Source of the DNA: Escherichia coli 042
GTDB lineage: Bacteria > Pseudomonadota > Gammaproteobacteria > Enterobacterales > Enterobacteriaceae
DNA length: 64,000 nt
Direction: 5' to 3' (one strand)
NCBI RefSeq assembly: GCF_000027125.1
Contig: NC_017626.1
The position numbers and the translations under genes are program-made. This document shows, in pieces, positions 38,668-49,510 of the stretch. How positions within the stretch are numbered: position 1 is the first letter of the stretch; each line of letters opens with the position of its first letter. The notes below the pieces were generated by a model. The model was not told the origin of the DNA and did no database searches. It worked only from the letters and a program-made list of their open reading frames with translations.

Positions 38668-39684
38668 ATGCAAAAGAAATCAATTTACGTCGCCTACACG
38701 GGCGGGACCATCGGGATGCAGCGTTCCGAGCAGGGTTATATTCCGGTGTCAGGTCATCTACAGCGCCAACTGGCGCTGATGCCGGAATTCCATCGCCCGG
38801 AGATGCCAGATTTCACCATTCATGAATATACGCCGCTGATGGACTCTTCAGATATGACGCCAGAAGACTGGCAGCATATTGCTGAAGATATTAAAGCGCA
38901 TTATGACGACTATGATGGTTTTGTCATTCTGCACGGCACCGACACGATGGCGTATACCGCCTCTGCGCTGTCGTTCATGCTCGAGAATCTCGGTAAACCG
39001 GTTATTGTGACAGGGTCACAAATCCCGCTAGCTGAGTTACGCTCTGACGGACAAATTAATCTGCTGAATGCGTTGTACGTTGCGGCGAATTATCCGATCA
39101 ACGAAGTAACTCTCTTTTTTAATAACCGACTTTATCGTGGCAACCGTACCACCAAAGCCCATGCCGATGGTTTTGATGCGTTTGCCTCTCCAAACCTTCC
39201 TCCGTTACTGGAAGCAGGTATCCATATTCGTCGTTTGAATACGCCACCCGCCCCGCACGGTGAAGGGGAATTGATCGTTCATCCAATCACCCCACAACCG
39301 ATTGGCGTAGTGACGATTTATCCAGGGATTTCTGCTGACGTCGTGCGCAATTTTCTGCGCCAACCGGTGAAAGCATTGATTCTGCGCTCATATGGCGTGG
39401 GTAATGCGCCACAAAACAAAGCCTTCCTGCAAGAATTACAAGAAGCCAGCGATCGCGGTATTGTGGTAGTCAACCTGACACAATGTATGTCCGGTAAAGT
39501 GAATATGGGTGGTTATGCCACCGGTAACGCCCTCGCCCATGCCGGCGTTATTGGCGGTGCAGATATGACTGTAGAAGCCACGCTAACCAAACTGCATTAC
39601 CTGCTTAGCCAGGAACTGGATACTGAAACCATTCGCAAGGCCATGAGCCAAAACCTGCGCGGCGAACTGACGCCGGATGATTAA
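38668..39684 (+). CDS. ansA: Cytoplasmic L-asparaginase I
   Basis: ORF track 38476 (TTG) trimmed to ATG at 38668 (MQKKSIYVAYTGGTIGM, asparaginase threonine motif TGGTIG); 338 aa. Confidence 0.95.
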   Translation: MQKKSIYVAYTGGTIGMQRSEQGYIPVSGHLQRQLALMPEFHRPEMPDFTIHEYTPLMDSSDMTPEDWQHIAEDIKAHYDDYDGFVILHGTDTMAYTASALSFMLENLGKPVIVTGSQIPLAELRSDGQINLLNALYVAANYPINEVTLFFNNRLYRGNRTTKAHADGFDAFASPNLPPLLEAGIHIRRLNTPPAPHGEGELIVHPITPQPIGVVTIYPGISADVVRNFLRQPVKALILRSYGVGNAPQNKAFLQELQEASDRGIVVVNLTQCMSGKVNMGGYATGNALAHAGVIGGADMTVEATLTKLHYLLSQELDTETIRKAMSQNLRGELTPDD

Positions 39685-39694
39685 GGAGACTGCA

Positions 39695-40336
39695 ATGCCC
39701 TCTCGCGCCCTGTTACTGGTCGATTTACAAAATGATTTCTGTGCTGGTGGCGCGCTCGCCGTGCCGGAAGGTGACAGTACGGTGGATGTCGCTAACCGCC
39801 TGATTGACTGGTGCCAGTCGCGCGGTGAAGCGGTTATCGCCAGTCAGGACTGGCACCCGGCGAATCACGGCAGTTTTGCCAGTCAGCACGGTGTAGAGCC
39901 TTATACGCCAGGCCAACTCGACGGTTTGCCACAAACCTTCTGGCCAGATCACTGTGTGCAGAACAGTGAAGGCGCACAATTACATCCGTTACTGAACCAA
40001 AAAGCGATCGCAGCGGTGTTCCATAAAGGCGAAAATCCTTTAGTTGACAGTTACAGTGCCTTTTTTGATAACGGCCGTCGGCAGAAAACCTCTCTCGATG
40101 ACTGGTTACGCGATCATGAAATCGATGAATTGATCGTTATGGGCCTGGCTACTGACTATTGCGTGAAGTTTACCGTGCTGGACGCGTTACAGTTAGGTTA
40201 TAAGGTAAACGTGATTACCGATGGTTGTCGTGGCGTGAATATCCAGCCCCAGGACAGTGCGCACGCGTTTATGGAGATGTCAGCAGCTGGGGCAACGCTA
40301 TATACGCTGGCAGACTGGGAAGAGACGCAGGGGTAG
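39695..40336 (+). CDS. pncA: Nicotinamidase/pyrazinamidase
   Basis: ORF trimmed to ATG at 39695 preceded by AAGGAG; isochorismatase-like fold (LLVDLQNDFC); 213 aa. Confidence 0.9.
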   Translation: MPSRALLLVDLQNDFCAGGALAVPEGDSTVDVANRLIDWCQSRGEAVIASQDWHPANHGSFASQHGVEPYTPGQLDGLPQTFWPDHCVQNSEGAQLHPLLNQKAIAAVFHKGENPLVDSYSAFFDNGRRQKTSLDDWLRDHEIDELIVMGLATDYCVKFTVLDALQLGYKVNVITDGCRGVNIQPQDSAHAFMEMSAAGATLYTLADWEETQG

Positions 40337-40345
40337 TTTTACGCT

Positions 40346-40376
40346 GGCCTACAATTCTGTACTGGCATTGTAGGCC
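40346..40376. repeat. Perfect 10 bp inverted repeat between convergent pncA and ydjE
   Basis: GGCCTACAAT-N11-ATTGTAGGCC; REP-like palindrome or bidirectional terminator hairpin without a strong U tract. Confidence 0.45.
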
Positions 40377-40428
40377 AAATAAAACACGTCAGTGGCACAT
40401 CTGGCAATTGATGCCATCAACGAAAGAT

Positions 40429-41787
40429 TTAATTCACCTCAGAAATATCTTCCAACGACACCTTCCGCGTTTCGATGCCAAAAATGGAGAGAACCAGCGC
40501 ACAGAGCAATAACATGACACCAAGTACCATAAACACCGTGATCGACCCATAATGTGTTAATAATGCCGCAACGCCATAAGGCGTGAAGACCGCGACGATC
40601 CGTCCGACGGCATTAACGAAACCTGAACCTCGCAGGCGTAAATGCGTTGGCCAAAGCTCCGGGATATAAACCGCCGACGCGAAGCAAACATACATGTATA
40701 AAAAGAAGATCATCACCAGGCCATAGATTAAAATCGCCCACTCTGTAGTCTGAATTGAATAGATATAGCCTAACACGGCAATTATAATAAGCAAGGCGGA
40801 GCCAAATAATCGACGAGGAAAATGATCAATAATTAATGCCGCAATAAATATTCCTACCGGAGCGCCAATCATAATAACAGCAGTCATTAATATTGATTTA
40901 TCGACATCAATGCCGGAGTTAACAAATATGGTCGGTATCCATACGGTGATGGTATAAAGTGAAATGTTCATTGCAATTAAAACAGTAATCGCGACTAATG
41001 TACGTCGTAACATTTCCCCTTTAAACAGCAGCCAGAAAGTACCATTGATTACGTTAGCCTTGCTGTTGCTATGATTCAAAGTAAGCGGGGGTAAACGAAC
41101 ACTCTTCTCTCTTTCAATTTGCTGCTCTACTTCACGAAGTTGGCTTTCTGCACCTGCGATTTGCCCTTTCCCTGCCAGCCATCGTGGCGACTCAATAAAG
41201 TATTTACCTGAGAGAAACCAGGCTAACAGTATGCCAATACCGCCCAGCAGAAACATTATCCGCCAACTAAAAAAAGCGATAACCACCACGCCTATCGCCG
41301 CAGACAGCATGGGCGACCAGTTACCAACAAATGAGAGCCGCGCGGACCATTTTCCACGCACCGTCGCGGGGATAAACTCCGTAAATGAGGCATAGCCAAC
41401 CATAAACAGCGCCCCCATTCCTGTTCCCATCAGGAAGCGAAAGAAGATGAGCCAGTACATATCAGGGACAAAAGCGGCCCCTGTTGCCGCAATACCGACG
41501 ATGAGAAGATTTATGCGAAAAGCCCTGCGCCGCCCAAAATAATCACCGATGAACCCACCGGTAAGAGAGCCGATGAAATAACCAAACATTAATGCCGAGG
41601 TAAAGGCGGCATTGAGGAAATTATTTGACCATCCATTGCTTACCAGCTTTGCTAAAACAACATTGCCTGAATAACTCAAAAAACCCGTTAATAACAGACT
41701 AAAGCTTATAATACCAAATATACGATAATGAAACCGGGCCAAAGGCAAGCGGTCCAGTCTTGCGCCAATTTGATCATATTGTTCCAT
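40429..41787 (-). CDS. ydjE: MFS-family sugar transporter
   Basis: 452 aa polytopic membrane ORF with sugar-porter-like motifs (GDYFGRRRAF). Confidence 0.85.
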   Translation of the reverse strand: MEQYDQIGARLDRLPLARFHYRIFGIISFSLLLTGFLSYSGNVVLAKLVSNGWSNNFLNAAFTSALMFGYFIGSLTGGFIGDYFGRRRAFRINLLIVGIAATGAAFVPDMYWLIFFRFLMGTGMGALFMVGYASFTEFIPATVRGKWSARLSFVGNWSPMLSAAIGVVVIAFFSWRIMFLLGGIGILLAWFLSGKYFIESPRWLAGKGQIAGAESQLREVEQQIEREKSVRLPPLTLNHSNSKANVINGTFWLLFKGEMLRRTLVAITVLIAMNISLYTITVWIPTIFVNSGIDVDKSILMTAVIMIGAPVGIFIAALIIDHFPRRLFGSALLIIIAVLGYIYSIQTTEWAILIYGLVMIFFLYMYVCFASAVYIPELWPTHLRLRGSGFVNAVGRIVAVFTPYGVAALLTHYGSITVFMVLGVMLLLCALVLSIFGIETRKVSLEDISEVN

Positions 41788-41904
41788 TAGGTGCCTCGGA
41801 TTTGCTAAAAAGGTAGCAATTGCGGCAAATTCACTTGCCGCATCTTTATCATCATTTTATTTTCCAGGCGCAGGAACAAATAATATTGACAACGTGTGCT
41901 TAAA

Positions 41905-42663
41905 TTACCACACCAGCTGGATATTATTGTCTTTGCAAAATGCTATCCACTCTGCACCCGGTGATTTATCAGTTATTATGTAATTAATATGACTAAAGTC
42001 AGCTAACTGAACAAAAGCTTTGCGATCAAACTTAGAGTGATCAACCAATAACGCAACCTCTGTCGCCTGACGGATCATTGTCTTTTTGATTTCAGCTTCC
42101 GCTTCGTTAGAGTCCAGCGCGCCGCTGTTAATATCTAGACCTTTACAACTCATTACCATGATATCGACATGGTAGCGGCTGATGATCTCTTTAGTAATTC
42201 TTCCTTGCAGGGAAAGTGTATTTTTGTTTAGTTCCCCCCCCGTTGAAACGACTTTAATTTCTGATTGAGCCAGAACATGAATCGCTTCCGCCGAGTTAGT
42301 TAGCAACGTCAGGTCACTACGGTCCTGCAACAATTTGAGCAATTCCATAACGGTACTACTGGAATCGGCTGCCATAGTGGTTTTATTGTCGATAAAGGGT
42401 AGTGCCTTGCGTGCAATAAGCAGCTTCTCTTCATAAAACGATGAAGCGCGCTTATAAAAATGGATATTCTCCGTCAACATCGCTGTATTTAAAACAGCAC
42501 CACCATAGGTTCTGGTCAAAAAGCCTTCATCTTCCAGCTTCTCGAGATCGCGGCGAATGGTTTCTTCGGTTACCTGAAAAATCCCACTCAAATTTGAGAC
42601 TGTCACCTTTTTATCGTTGGCAACCATTTGCTTAATTGCCTGAATCCTGTCTTTTGCCGCCAC
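41905..42663 (-). CDS. ydjF: DeoR-family transcriptional regulator
   Basis: 252 aa ORF with N-terminal HTH (VSNLSGIFQVTEETIRRDLEKLE) and sugar-binding C-terminal region. Confidence 0.85.
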   Translation of the reverse strand: MAAKDRIQAIKQMVANDKKVTVSNLSGIFQVTEETIRRDLEKLEDEGFLTRTYGGAVLNTAMLTENIHFYKRASSFYEEKLLIARKALPFIDNKTTMAADSSSTVMELLKLLQDRSDLTLLTNSAEAIHVLAQSEIKVVSTGGELNKNTLSLQGRITKEIISRYHVDIMVMSCKGLDINSGALDSNEAEAEIKKTMIRQATEVALLVDHSKFDRKAFVQLADFSHINYIITDKSPGAEWIAFCKDNNIQLVW

Positions 42664-42799
42664 GATTACACCCCTGTATCTTTTTACATCACATTAGCGC
42701 GATTATCGCATAATTGATGTTTACTTTCAAAATAACCTGTTTGAATCACAGATTTTCATCACGGTTTTCACAGAAACAGAGGTGAATCGTGTTGAGTAT

Positions 42800-43780
42800 T
42801 TAACGCTCCAGGGCCTCTGCCATTTCCCTCATCAATGTTGCGTCTGCATCCGATAAGTTGATATTCAATGCCGCGACATTTTCGCGTACCTGTTCCGGTG
42901 CAGTAGCCCCACTAAGAATGGAGATTAAATCACTCTGTTTTAATATCCACGCCAGTGCCAGAGTGGGAATTGTGCACTGATAACGAGCACAGAGTGGCTG
43001 CCACTGTTCAAGCATATCAATCACTTTCAGCATGTTTTCACGCTGGAACCAGACTTTATTTGCCCGAGCGCCGCCCGGAACGTAATCACGAGTGATGGTA
43101 CCGGTCAACAATCCCTGCTCTAACGGGGAATAAACCTGTACCACAATGCCATTATCACGACATAGCGGCAGCAGTTCGCTTTCCATTGCCCGGTCGAGGA
43201 TACTGTATTTCGCCTGAATAATATCCAGTTCACCATATTGCAGATACTCGCGGATATGATCAGCATCGACGTTAGCAGCGCCTATAGCGCGAATTTTCCC
43301 TTCGGCCTTTAACTCATTGAGCACTGCGACAGTTTCAGCGATCGGCGTAAAAAATGGCGGCACCGACTGCCAGTGCGTCATGTAGATATCGATGTAATCA
43401 ATACCCAGACGTTGCAAGCTGGCTTCTACCTCTTCGCGGATAGATTCCGGGGAAAGGTTTTTATACAACTGCCGATCGCCAACTTTGTTGAATAAACTCC
43501 CTTTTCGTTCCCAGACAATGCCGCATTTGGTTTCTACTACAACCTGTTCACGGGGCAGTTTTTTTAACGCCTGACCGACGATAACTTCACTATTGCCAAA
43601 GTTATATGCTGGCGCAGTATCAATCAGATTAATGCCACAACGATGGGCTTCAAGAATCGTATAAATACATATTTGCTGATCGAGATCGCCATTCCATGCA
43701 GGACCGCCGCCAATGGCCCATGTCCCCAACCCCATTCGCGAAAGCGTAATATCCGTTGTGCCTAAAGGTATCTTTTTCAT
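42800..43780 (-). CDS. ydjG: Aldo-keto reductase
   Basis: 326 aa ORF; AKR-family fold by sequence character. Confidence 0.85.
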   Translation of the reverse strand: MKKIPLGTTDITLSRMGLGTWAIGGGPAWNGDLDQQICIYTILEAHRCGINLIDTAPAYNFGNSEVIVGQALKKLPREQVVVETKCGIVWERKGSLFNKVGDRQLYKNLSPESIREEVEASLQRLGIDYIDIYMTHWQSVPPFFTPIAETVAVLNELKAEGKIRAIGAANVDADHIREYLQYGELDIIQAKYSILDRAMESELLPLCRDNGIVVQVYSPLEQGLLTGTITRDYVPGGARANKVWFQRENMLKVIDMLEQWQPLCARYQCTIPTLALAWILKQSDLISILSGATAPEQVRENVAALNINLSDADATLMREMAEALER

Positions 43781-43789
43781 TTGCCTTCA

Positions 43790-44737
43790 TTATCCTTCGT
43801 ATTCTTCCAGCAATTGTTCGACCAGCTTTCTGTTTTTTACGCCGGTGGTGGCACCGACGCTTAGAACCGAGATAGCCGCCGTTGCATTGGCAAAGCGTGC
43901 GCATTCACGCAGATTTTTGCCTTCTAACAGAGCCGCTATAAAGCCAGAAGCAAAGTTATCGCCCGCGCCAATAGTGTCGATGGCGGTTATTCCTGCGACC
44001 GCCGGCACCTTCATCGTCATGTCACCACGCTTGATAAAGCAGCCGTCTTTACCCGTTTTAATCACCACCGTTTTTACGCCGCACGCAAGAAAGCAGTCAG
44101 CAATTTCATCCAGTGTCTCTTTCCCGGTGAGTAATTTTGCCTCGGCAAAATTAGGAAACAGATAATCGACAAAACTCAATGCTTCGCAAATATCATCCAG
44201 CGTTTCATTCAACCGTGGTTTGATCATATCGGCACAGATAATCATCTGCCGGGCTTTAGCTTGCGTAAAAATTTCTGTTAGCGCTTTACCATCCAATAGA
44301 GGACTGTTGAAAATACTGGCCAGTGATAATAATTTCGCCTGAGAAAACCGCGCAAAATCAACATCGTCAATATTCAATTTCCACAGACTACCGTTACGGT
44401 TTGTGACAAACGTCCGCTCGCCATCCTCCGTCACCAGTCCAACGTTAATAGAGGTATCTATGCTGACGTCCTGCTTCAGGCTTTGAATATCAATATTCTC
44501 TTTGCGGCAATGGTCGAGAATAAATTGTCCTGCGGCATCTTTACCAACACGACTCATTAATGCTGTGCGATGGCCCAGACGAGAAATAATTGTTGCTTCA
44601 TTTATTGCATCACCCCCGGTGGTCATTGCGATTCTTTCAAGAGGATAAGAATCCACATCAAAGATATTTTTACTGACCGGTTGCAATGGAATATCAACAA
44701 TAGCGGCACCTATGCAAATAACGTCGAGATTATCCAT
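43790..44737 (-). CDS. ydjH: pfkB-family sugar kinase
   Basis: ORF trimmed to ATG at 44737; ribokinase/pfkB signature IDTIGAGDNFASGF present; 315 aa. Confidence 0.85.
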   Translation of the reverse strand: MDNLDVICIGAAIVDIPLQPVSKNIFDVDSYPLERIAMTTGGDAINEATIISRLGHRTALMSRVGKDAAGQFILDHCRKENIDIQSLKQDVSIDTSINVGLVTEDGERTFVTNRNGSLWKLNIDDVDFARFSQAKLLSLASIFNSPLLDGKALTEIFTQAKARQMIICADMIKPRLNETLDDICEALSFVDYLFPNFAEAKLLTGKETLDEIADCFLACGVKTVVIKTGKDGCFIKRGDMTMKVPAVAGITAIDTIGAGDNFASGFIAALLEGKNLRECARFANATAAISVLSVGATTGVKNRKLVEQLLEEYEG

Positions 44738-44741
44738 ATCA

Positions 44742-45578
44742 TTATTCCGCTTTGCCATCAGAACCGAACAGTTTAATTTTTTCCAATGCCCGTTCTTTTA
44801 CAGCTTTACGTACTTCACGTTCTAAATGCAGGAAAGGCTGATCCTGGTTTTCTTTCACTGCTACCATTGCGGCCTGAAAGAGCTCCGTATGAATGTTGAT
44901 TTTCGCGATACCCAACGAAATTGCAGTTTTAATGTCGGTATCACTGATCCCCGATGCGCCGTGCAAAACCAGCGGAACAGAAACGGCATCGCGTACGCGT
45001 TTGACGACCTCAAAGTTCAATTGTGGCTCTGACGTATAAACCCCATGCTGGTTGCCGATGGCGACAGCCAATGAGTCACAGCCCGTACGTTCAACAAATT
45101 CAGCCGCCTGGTCAGGATCGGTATAGTGATAGCCCGCCAGCGCTTCTTCATAAACGGTTTCATTACCGACATGCCCTAATTCTGCCTCTACCGGAATACC
45201 CAGCGGATGGAAGAAATCAACAGCCTCTTTGGTTAAACGAATATTTTCTTCGAAATCAAATGCGGAAGCATCACGCATTAATGAATTCATACCATGAGTC
45301 CAGGCGTTATGAATAATTTCCATACTCCGACCATGATCCCAATGAGTTATTACCGGCACCGTTGCTTTTTTTGCCATTGATACCATCATGTGAGAGAAAT
45401 CTTCAAATGAGGTGTTCCCGACAAAACCTGTACCAAAAGAAATAATAACCGGTGATTTCGCTTCTTCGGCTGCGTCGATAACGCCCATCAACATTTCTGC
45501 ATTCCATACGTTAAAATGGGCAATTGCATAATGTTTATTTGTGGCATCGTTTTCCCAATATCTGATATCTGCGAGCAT
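44742..45578 (-). CDS. ydjI: Class II (metal-dependent) aldolase
   Basis: 278 aa ORF resembling fructose/tagatose-bisphosphate aldolase class II. Confidence 0.85.
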   Translation of the reverse strand: MLADIRYWENDATNKHYAIAHFNVWNAEMLMGVIDAAEEAKSPVIISFGTGFVGNTSFEDFSHMMVSMAKKATVPVITHWDHGRSMEIIHNAWTHGMNSLMRDASAFDFEENIRLTKEAVDFFHPLGIPVEAELGHVGNETVYEEALAGYHYTDPDQAAEFVERTGCDSLAVAIGNQHGVYTSEPQLNFEVVKRVRDAVSVPLVLHGASGISDTDIKTAISLGIAKINIHTELFQAAMVAVKENQDQPFLHLEREVRKAVKERALEKIKLFGSDGKAE

Positions 45579-45598
45579 ATTCTGTTCTCCCGTATTAG

Positions 45599-46642
45599 TT
45601 AATCGCTAATTTTAATAACGCCTTTAATAATGTCGTGTTTGTTGTTAACTGACTCTTCAAATGCCTGTTGTACATCCTGATAATCGTAAATATGTGTCAC
45701 CATCGATTTCACATCGAATCGCCCTGAGGAAATAGCTTCAATCGTGACCGGATAACGATTGGCATAGCGGAATACTGTCTGGATAGTGACTTCGCGATTG
45801 ATTTTGAGGAAATTGATTGCCGAATCGCCCGGTACAGTACCAACAATCATAATTTTACCGCCGCGCATTACCAGATAAGGTGCCTGTTTAACGGTGACCG
45901 CAGAACCCGCTGTTTCGAAAACAATATCTGCGCCCATTTCTTCGGTAAATTGCTGACAGCGTGCAATAGTGTCTTCTTTTGCGCCGTTAATAACCACTGT
46001 CGCGCCGAGCTGTTCCGCCATTGTCAGACGTTTTTCCAGTACATCAACGACGGCAATATCCGTAGCTCCCAGGCATTTGCACGCTTGCAACGTCATCAAA
46101 CCAATACAACCCGCTCCCAGAATAATTATCTTCTTACCCGGTTTAACATCTGCCAGCATCGCGGCATGCATCCCGACTGCGGCAGGCTCCACCAGCGCCC
46201 CTTCCATCGTGTCCATATTGTCGGGCAGTTTGTAAGTAAAGCTCTCCGGATGACACAGATAGTGCGTTAATGCGCCGCGGTAGTTAGGTTGTGTCGCCAT
46301 AAAATCAACGTCCGGGCAGATGTTATATTTGCCTTCCAGACAGTAACGACAGTGACCGCAAGGAACGCCAGGTTCGATATTTACCCGATCCCCCGCTTTA
46401 AATTTGCGCACACGGCTTCCCACAGCCACAACCGTCCCGGCGCATTCATGACCCAGGCCAATTTCTTGATTTGGGTCTTTAGGCGGAATAAACGGGCCTG
46501 ATTCGAAACCATGTACATCTGAACCACAAATACCGACATATTCCACTTTAATCAAAACTTCATCTTCTTTAGGCACAGGTATTTCTGCTGAAATAATTTT
46601 CATTGTGCCCGGCACCTGCAATATTGCTTTTGAATTTTTCAT
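45599..46642 (-). CDS. ydjJ: Zn-dependent medium-chain dehydrogenase/reductase
   Basis: 347 aa ORF with GHECAG zinc-ligand motif and GAGCIG nucleotide-binding motif. Confidence 0.85.
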   Translation of the reverse strand: MKNSKAILQVPGTMKIISAEIPVPKEDEVLIKVEYVGICGSDVHGFESGPFIPPKDPNQEIGLGHECAGTVVAVGSRVRKFKAGDRVNIEPGVPCGHCRYCLEGKYNICPDVDFMATQPNYRGALTHYLCHPESFTYKLPDNMDTMEGALVEPAAVGMHAAMLADVKPGKKIIILGAGCIGLMTLQACKCLGATDIAVVDVLEKRLTMAEQLGATVVINGAKEDTIARCQQFTEEMGADIVFETAGSAVTVKQAPYLVMRGGKIMIVGTVPGDSAINFLKINREVTIQTVFRYANRYPVTIEAISSGRFDVKSMVTHIYDYQDVQQAFEESVNNKHDIIKGVIKISD

Positions 46643-46658
46643 TTTGAATCCACCAGTA

Positions 46659-48038
46659 TTATTTATTGACTACTGCATCAATACTTAAACTTTCAACGGA
46701 GACACCTTTGGTTTCAATTCCAATGGTTGCGATAGCAATTGCGACAATAATTGAAACCGCCCCCAGAAGAATAAAGACTCCCGTTACGCCATAACTACTG
46801 AGCAGCACTGCAACGGCATAAGGTGCGGCAATACCACTGATTCGCCCTACTGCATTCGCCAGACCGGAGCCACGTAATTTGGCCTCTGTCGGCCAGATCT
46901 CAGGGACATACACTGCCGAGGCATAGCAAACGTACATATAGACGAAAGTAATCAGGAAGAAACCAATCAGCGTTATGAGCAACATACTGGTTTGCAGTGA
47001 ATAAATATATCCCAGCACCGCAATCAGGATTAATAGCCCCACACCCATTGTTTTACGCGGAATTTTATCCATCACCAGCATGGCAATAAAAATACCAAAT
47101 GGCGCGCCAAACATACTCATGGTATTTAAAACAATCGAGTCTTTTAAATTAATTCCCTGGGTCATGAATATCGTTGGCAACCAGTTAATTAGTGTGTACT
47201 GCACAACGTTCATGGCAATCAGCACACAAGAACCTAATATCACGCGTTTCAGTAATACTCCTGTCAGTAAGGCTGAATACGGCACCGCTTGTGGCGCTTT
47301 ACCGTCATCAGCAATAACCACGGGCGGCAAAGGTTTACCCGTCTGGCGTATGACGCCTTCTTCTATACTCCGCATGACTTTCTCGGCTTCCTGATACCGT
47401 CCGCGCGATTCCAGCCAGCGCGGGGATTCAGGAAAGTAGCGCCAGGCCAGCGCCGTAGCGATAAGCGACAATATTGCAGGGATAAGCAGTTGTACTCGCC
47501 AGTTCCACTCTGCACTAATCAGCGGCGTGAGTCCCATCGCAATCAATGAACAGAGCGGATATGACCAGTTGCCAATAAAAGAAACCCGACTGGACCACGT
47601 TCCGCGATTTCTACCGGGCATATATTCGGTGAAACCAGCAAACAGCGTCACCAGTAAAGCTCCCAGCCCAACGCCCATCACAAAACGGCAGGCAATAAGG
47701 AAATCCATATTCGGTGAAAAAGCACCGACCACCATCGAGGCAATATGAATGGCCTCATAGAGGATGAACGCATTTCTGCGACCGGTTTTGTCACCGATGA
47801 TGCCGCCAACCAGCGCACCGAGAAACATTCCGGCGGTCGTGATTGCTGAGAATGTGGCAGTGGTGGAATTATCTGTCCAGCCCAACTCTTTCAGCTGCGC
47901 GAGGATCAAGCCACCAACGGCATTACTCCAGCAGACAAGCAAGCCAAACGCGACGATAGCAAACATTGACGAATGCCAGCGGCAATCCGGTAAGCGATCC
48001 AGCCGAGCACCACAATGCGGTTTTGTTATCTGTTCCAT
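46659..48038 (-). CDS. ydjK: MFS-family transporter
   Basis: 459 aa polytopic membrane ORF, paralog-like to ydjE. Confidence 0.85.
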   Translation of the reverse strand: MEQITKPHCGARLDRLPDCRWHSSMFAIVAFGLLVCWSNAVGGLILAQLKELGWTDNSTTATFSAITTAGMFLGALVGGIIGDKTGRRNAFILYEAIHIASMVVGAFSPNMDFLIACRFVMGVGLGALLVTLFAGFTEYMPGRNRGTWSSRVSFIGNWSYPLCSLIAMGLTPLISAEWNWRVQLLIPAILSLIATALAWRYFPESPRWLESRGRYQEAEKVMRSIEEGVIRQTGKPLPPVVIADDGKAPQAVPYSALLTGVLLKRVILGSCVLIAMNVVQYTLINWLPTIFMTQGINLKDSIVLNTMSMFGAPFGIFIAMLVMDKIPRKTMGVGLLILIAVLGYIYSLQTSMLLITLIGFFLITFVYMYVCYASAVYVPEIWPTEAKLRGSGLANAVGRISGIAAPYAVAVLLSSYGVTGVFILLGAVSIIVAIAIATIGIETKGVSVESLSIDAVVNK

Positions 48039-48067
48039 GCGATAACGTTCCTTCAGGAGAGTAGTTA

Positions 48068-49141
48068 TTAATCAAAGTCGTAAGTCATGATCACTTTGAT
48101 TGCGGTTTTATCGACCATCGCATCAAACCCTTCGCGCCATTGCGACAGGCCGATACGATGCGTGATCATCGGTTTGACTTTGATAGCGCCGCTGGCTAAT
48201 AGCCGGAGAGCGTTACGCCATGAGGTGGAGTCATAGGCCATATGCCCAATGATGCTTTTGTTCCAGGCGGTAATGTCATTAATCGAGAAATCAAGAGGTT
48301 TGAAGCCCATTCCAACGCGTACCACTTCCCCGTTCGGGCGGAGCATTTCGATGGCTTGTTTCAATGCGATATTGGCACCGGAGCATTCAATCACCAGTCC
48401 CAGATTGTCTTTGCCACAAATTTGCTGGCAGCGCGCCACCACATCTTCGGTAGAACCATTTACTACTGCCGTCGCACCCAGTTCTTTTGCAACCGGGAAG
48501 CGGACCGCCACATCTTCTTGTAGACCAACGACGACGATATTTACCGCCCCCATAATCCGCGCCATTTGTACGGAGAACAGCCCGAGTGGGCCAGTACCGA
48601 TGACGACTACATCCTGACCAGGGAGGAATTTCGATTGCTGCGCGATGGATTTGTAGGCATTACAGATAGGGTCAAGTACGGCTGCGTCCTCATAATCAAC
48701 ACCATCAGGGATTTCCCACAACGCATGACGATGAATTTTGAGAATTTCACCAGGAACAAGACAATATTTGGAAAAACCACCGCCCCAGGTATTGTTATCC
48801 AGACCAAGGTTTACTTTTTCTGTACAACACAGAAAATCACCTTGTTCACAGGCCGGACAAACGCCGCAGACGTGACCGCTGTTATCTGACACGACGCGTT
48901 GCCCCACTTTCCAGTCTTTGACTTTTTCACCAACCTGCGCAATACAACCTGCGAACTCATGGCCGCGGATAGAGTTAAACTCATCAGAACCGCTATCGAC
49001 ATTGTAGTGCTTCATGTCTGCGCCGCAGATTGCCGCGGCTTTAATTTCAATCACTACATCTTCCGGGCCACAAATGGGTTGTGGCACATCGATCATCTTG
49101 TAGCCGCCAAAGGCTTTGCCAAACCGAGCCAGTGCTTTCAT
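48068..49141 (-). CDS. ydjL: Zn-dependent medium-chain dehydrogenase/reductase
   Basis: 357 aa ORF with GHEFAG zinc-ligand motif and GTGPLG nucleotide-binding motif. Confidence 0.85.
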   Translation of the reverse strand: MKALARFGKAFGGYKMIDVPQPICGPEDVVIEIKAAAICGADMKHYNVDSGSDEFNSIRGHEFAGCIAQVGEKVKDWKVGQRVVSDNSGHVCGVCPACEQGDFLCCTEKVNLGLDNNTWGGGFSKYCLVPGEILKIHRHALWEIPDGVDYEDAAVLDPICNAYKSIAQQSKFLPGQDVVVIGTGPLGLFSVQMARIMGAVNIVVVGLQEDVAVRFPVAKELGATAVVNGSTEDVVARCQQICGKDNLGLVIECSGANIALKQAIEMLRPNGEVVRVGMGFKPLDFSINDITAWNKSIIGHMAYDSTSWRNALRLLASGAIKVKPMITHRIGLSQWREGFDAMVDKTAIKVIMTYDFD

Positions 49142-49510
49142 TGCGTCATCCTCTGTGTTTTGTTTTGCTTAGATGGTCATCATACTTACCCACATGATTT
49201 TTGAGGTCAACATTAAATCTGTAAAACACAGATAATGATCTGCGTTTTACAACTCAGATCACAATTACGCAGAAAATGGCTGGATCTGTTACAGGTTGAT
49301 GGAAGGCGGAACGCAAAATGAGCAAATTTGAGAGGGATTACCGGCCAAATAGGTCTGAGACTTAAGTTCAGGAGAAGTCATTCAGGCGTGAACGCGACTG
49401 CAAGAGACCGGGCTGGTGCTTTGCCTGGTCGTGACGAGATAATTGAGATGAGTCGTGGGGTTATTGTTGGCTATCCCCTTTATAACCGCGGCAAAAAGGG
49501 GACAAACCAC

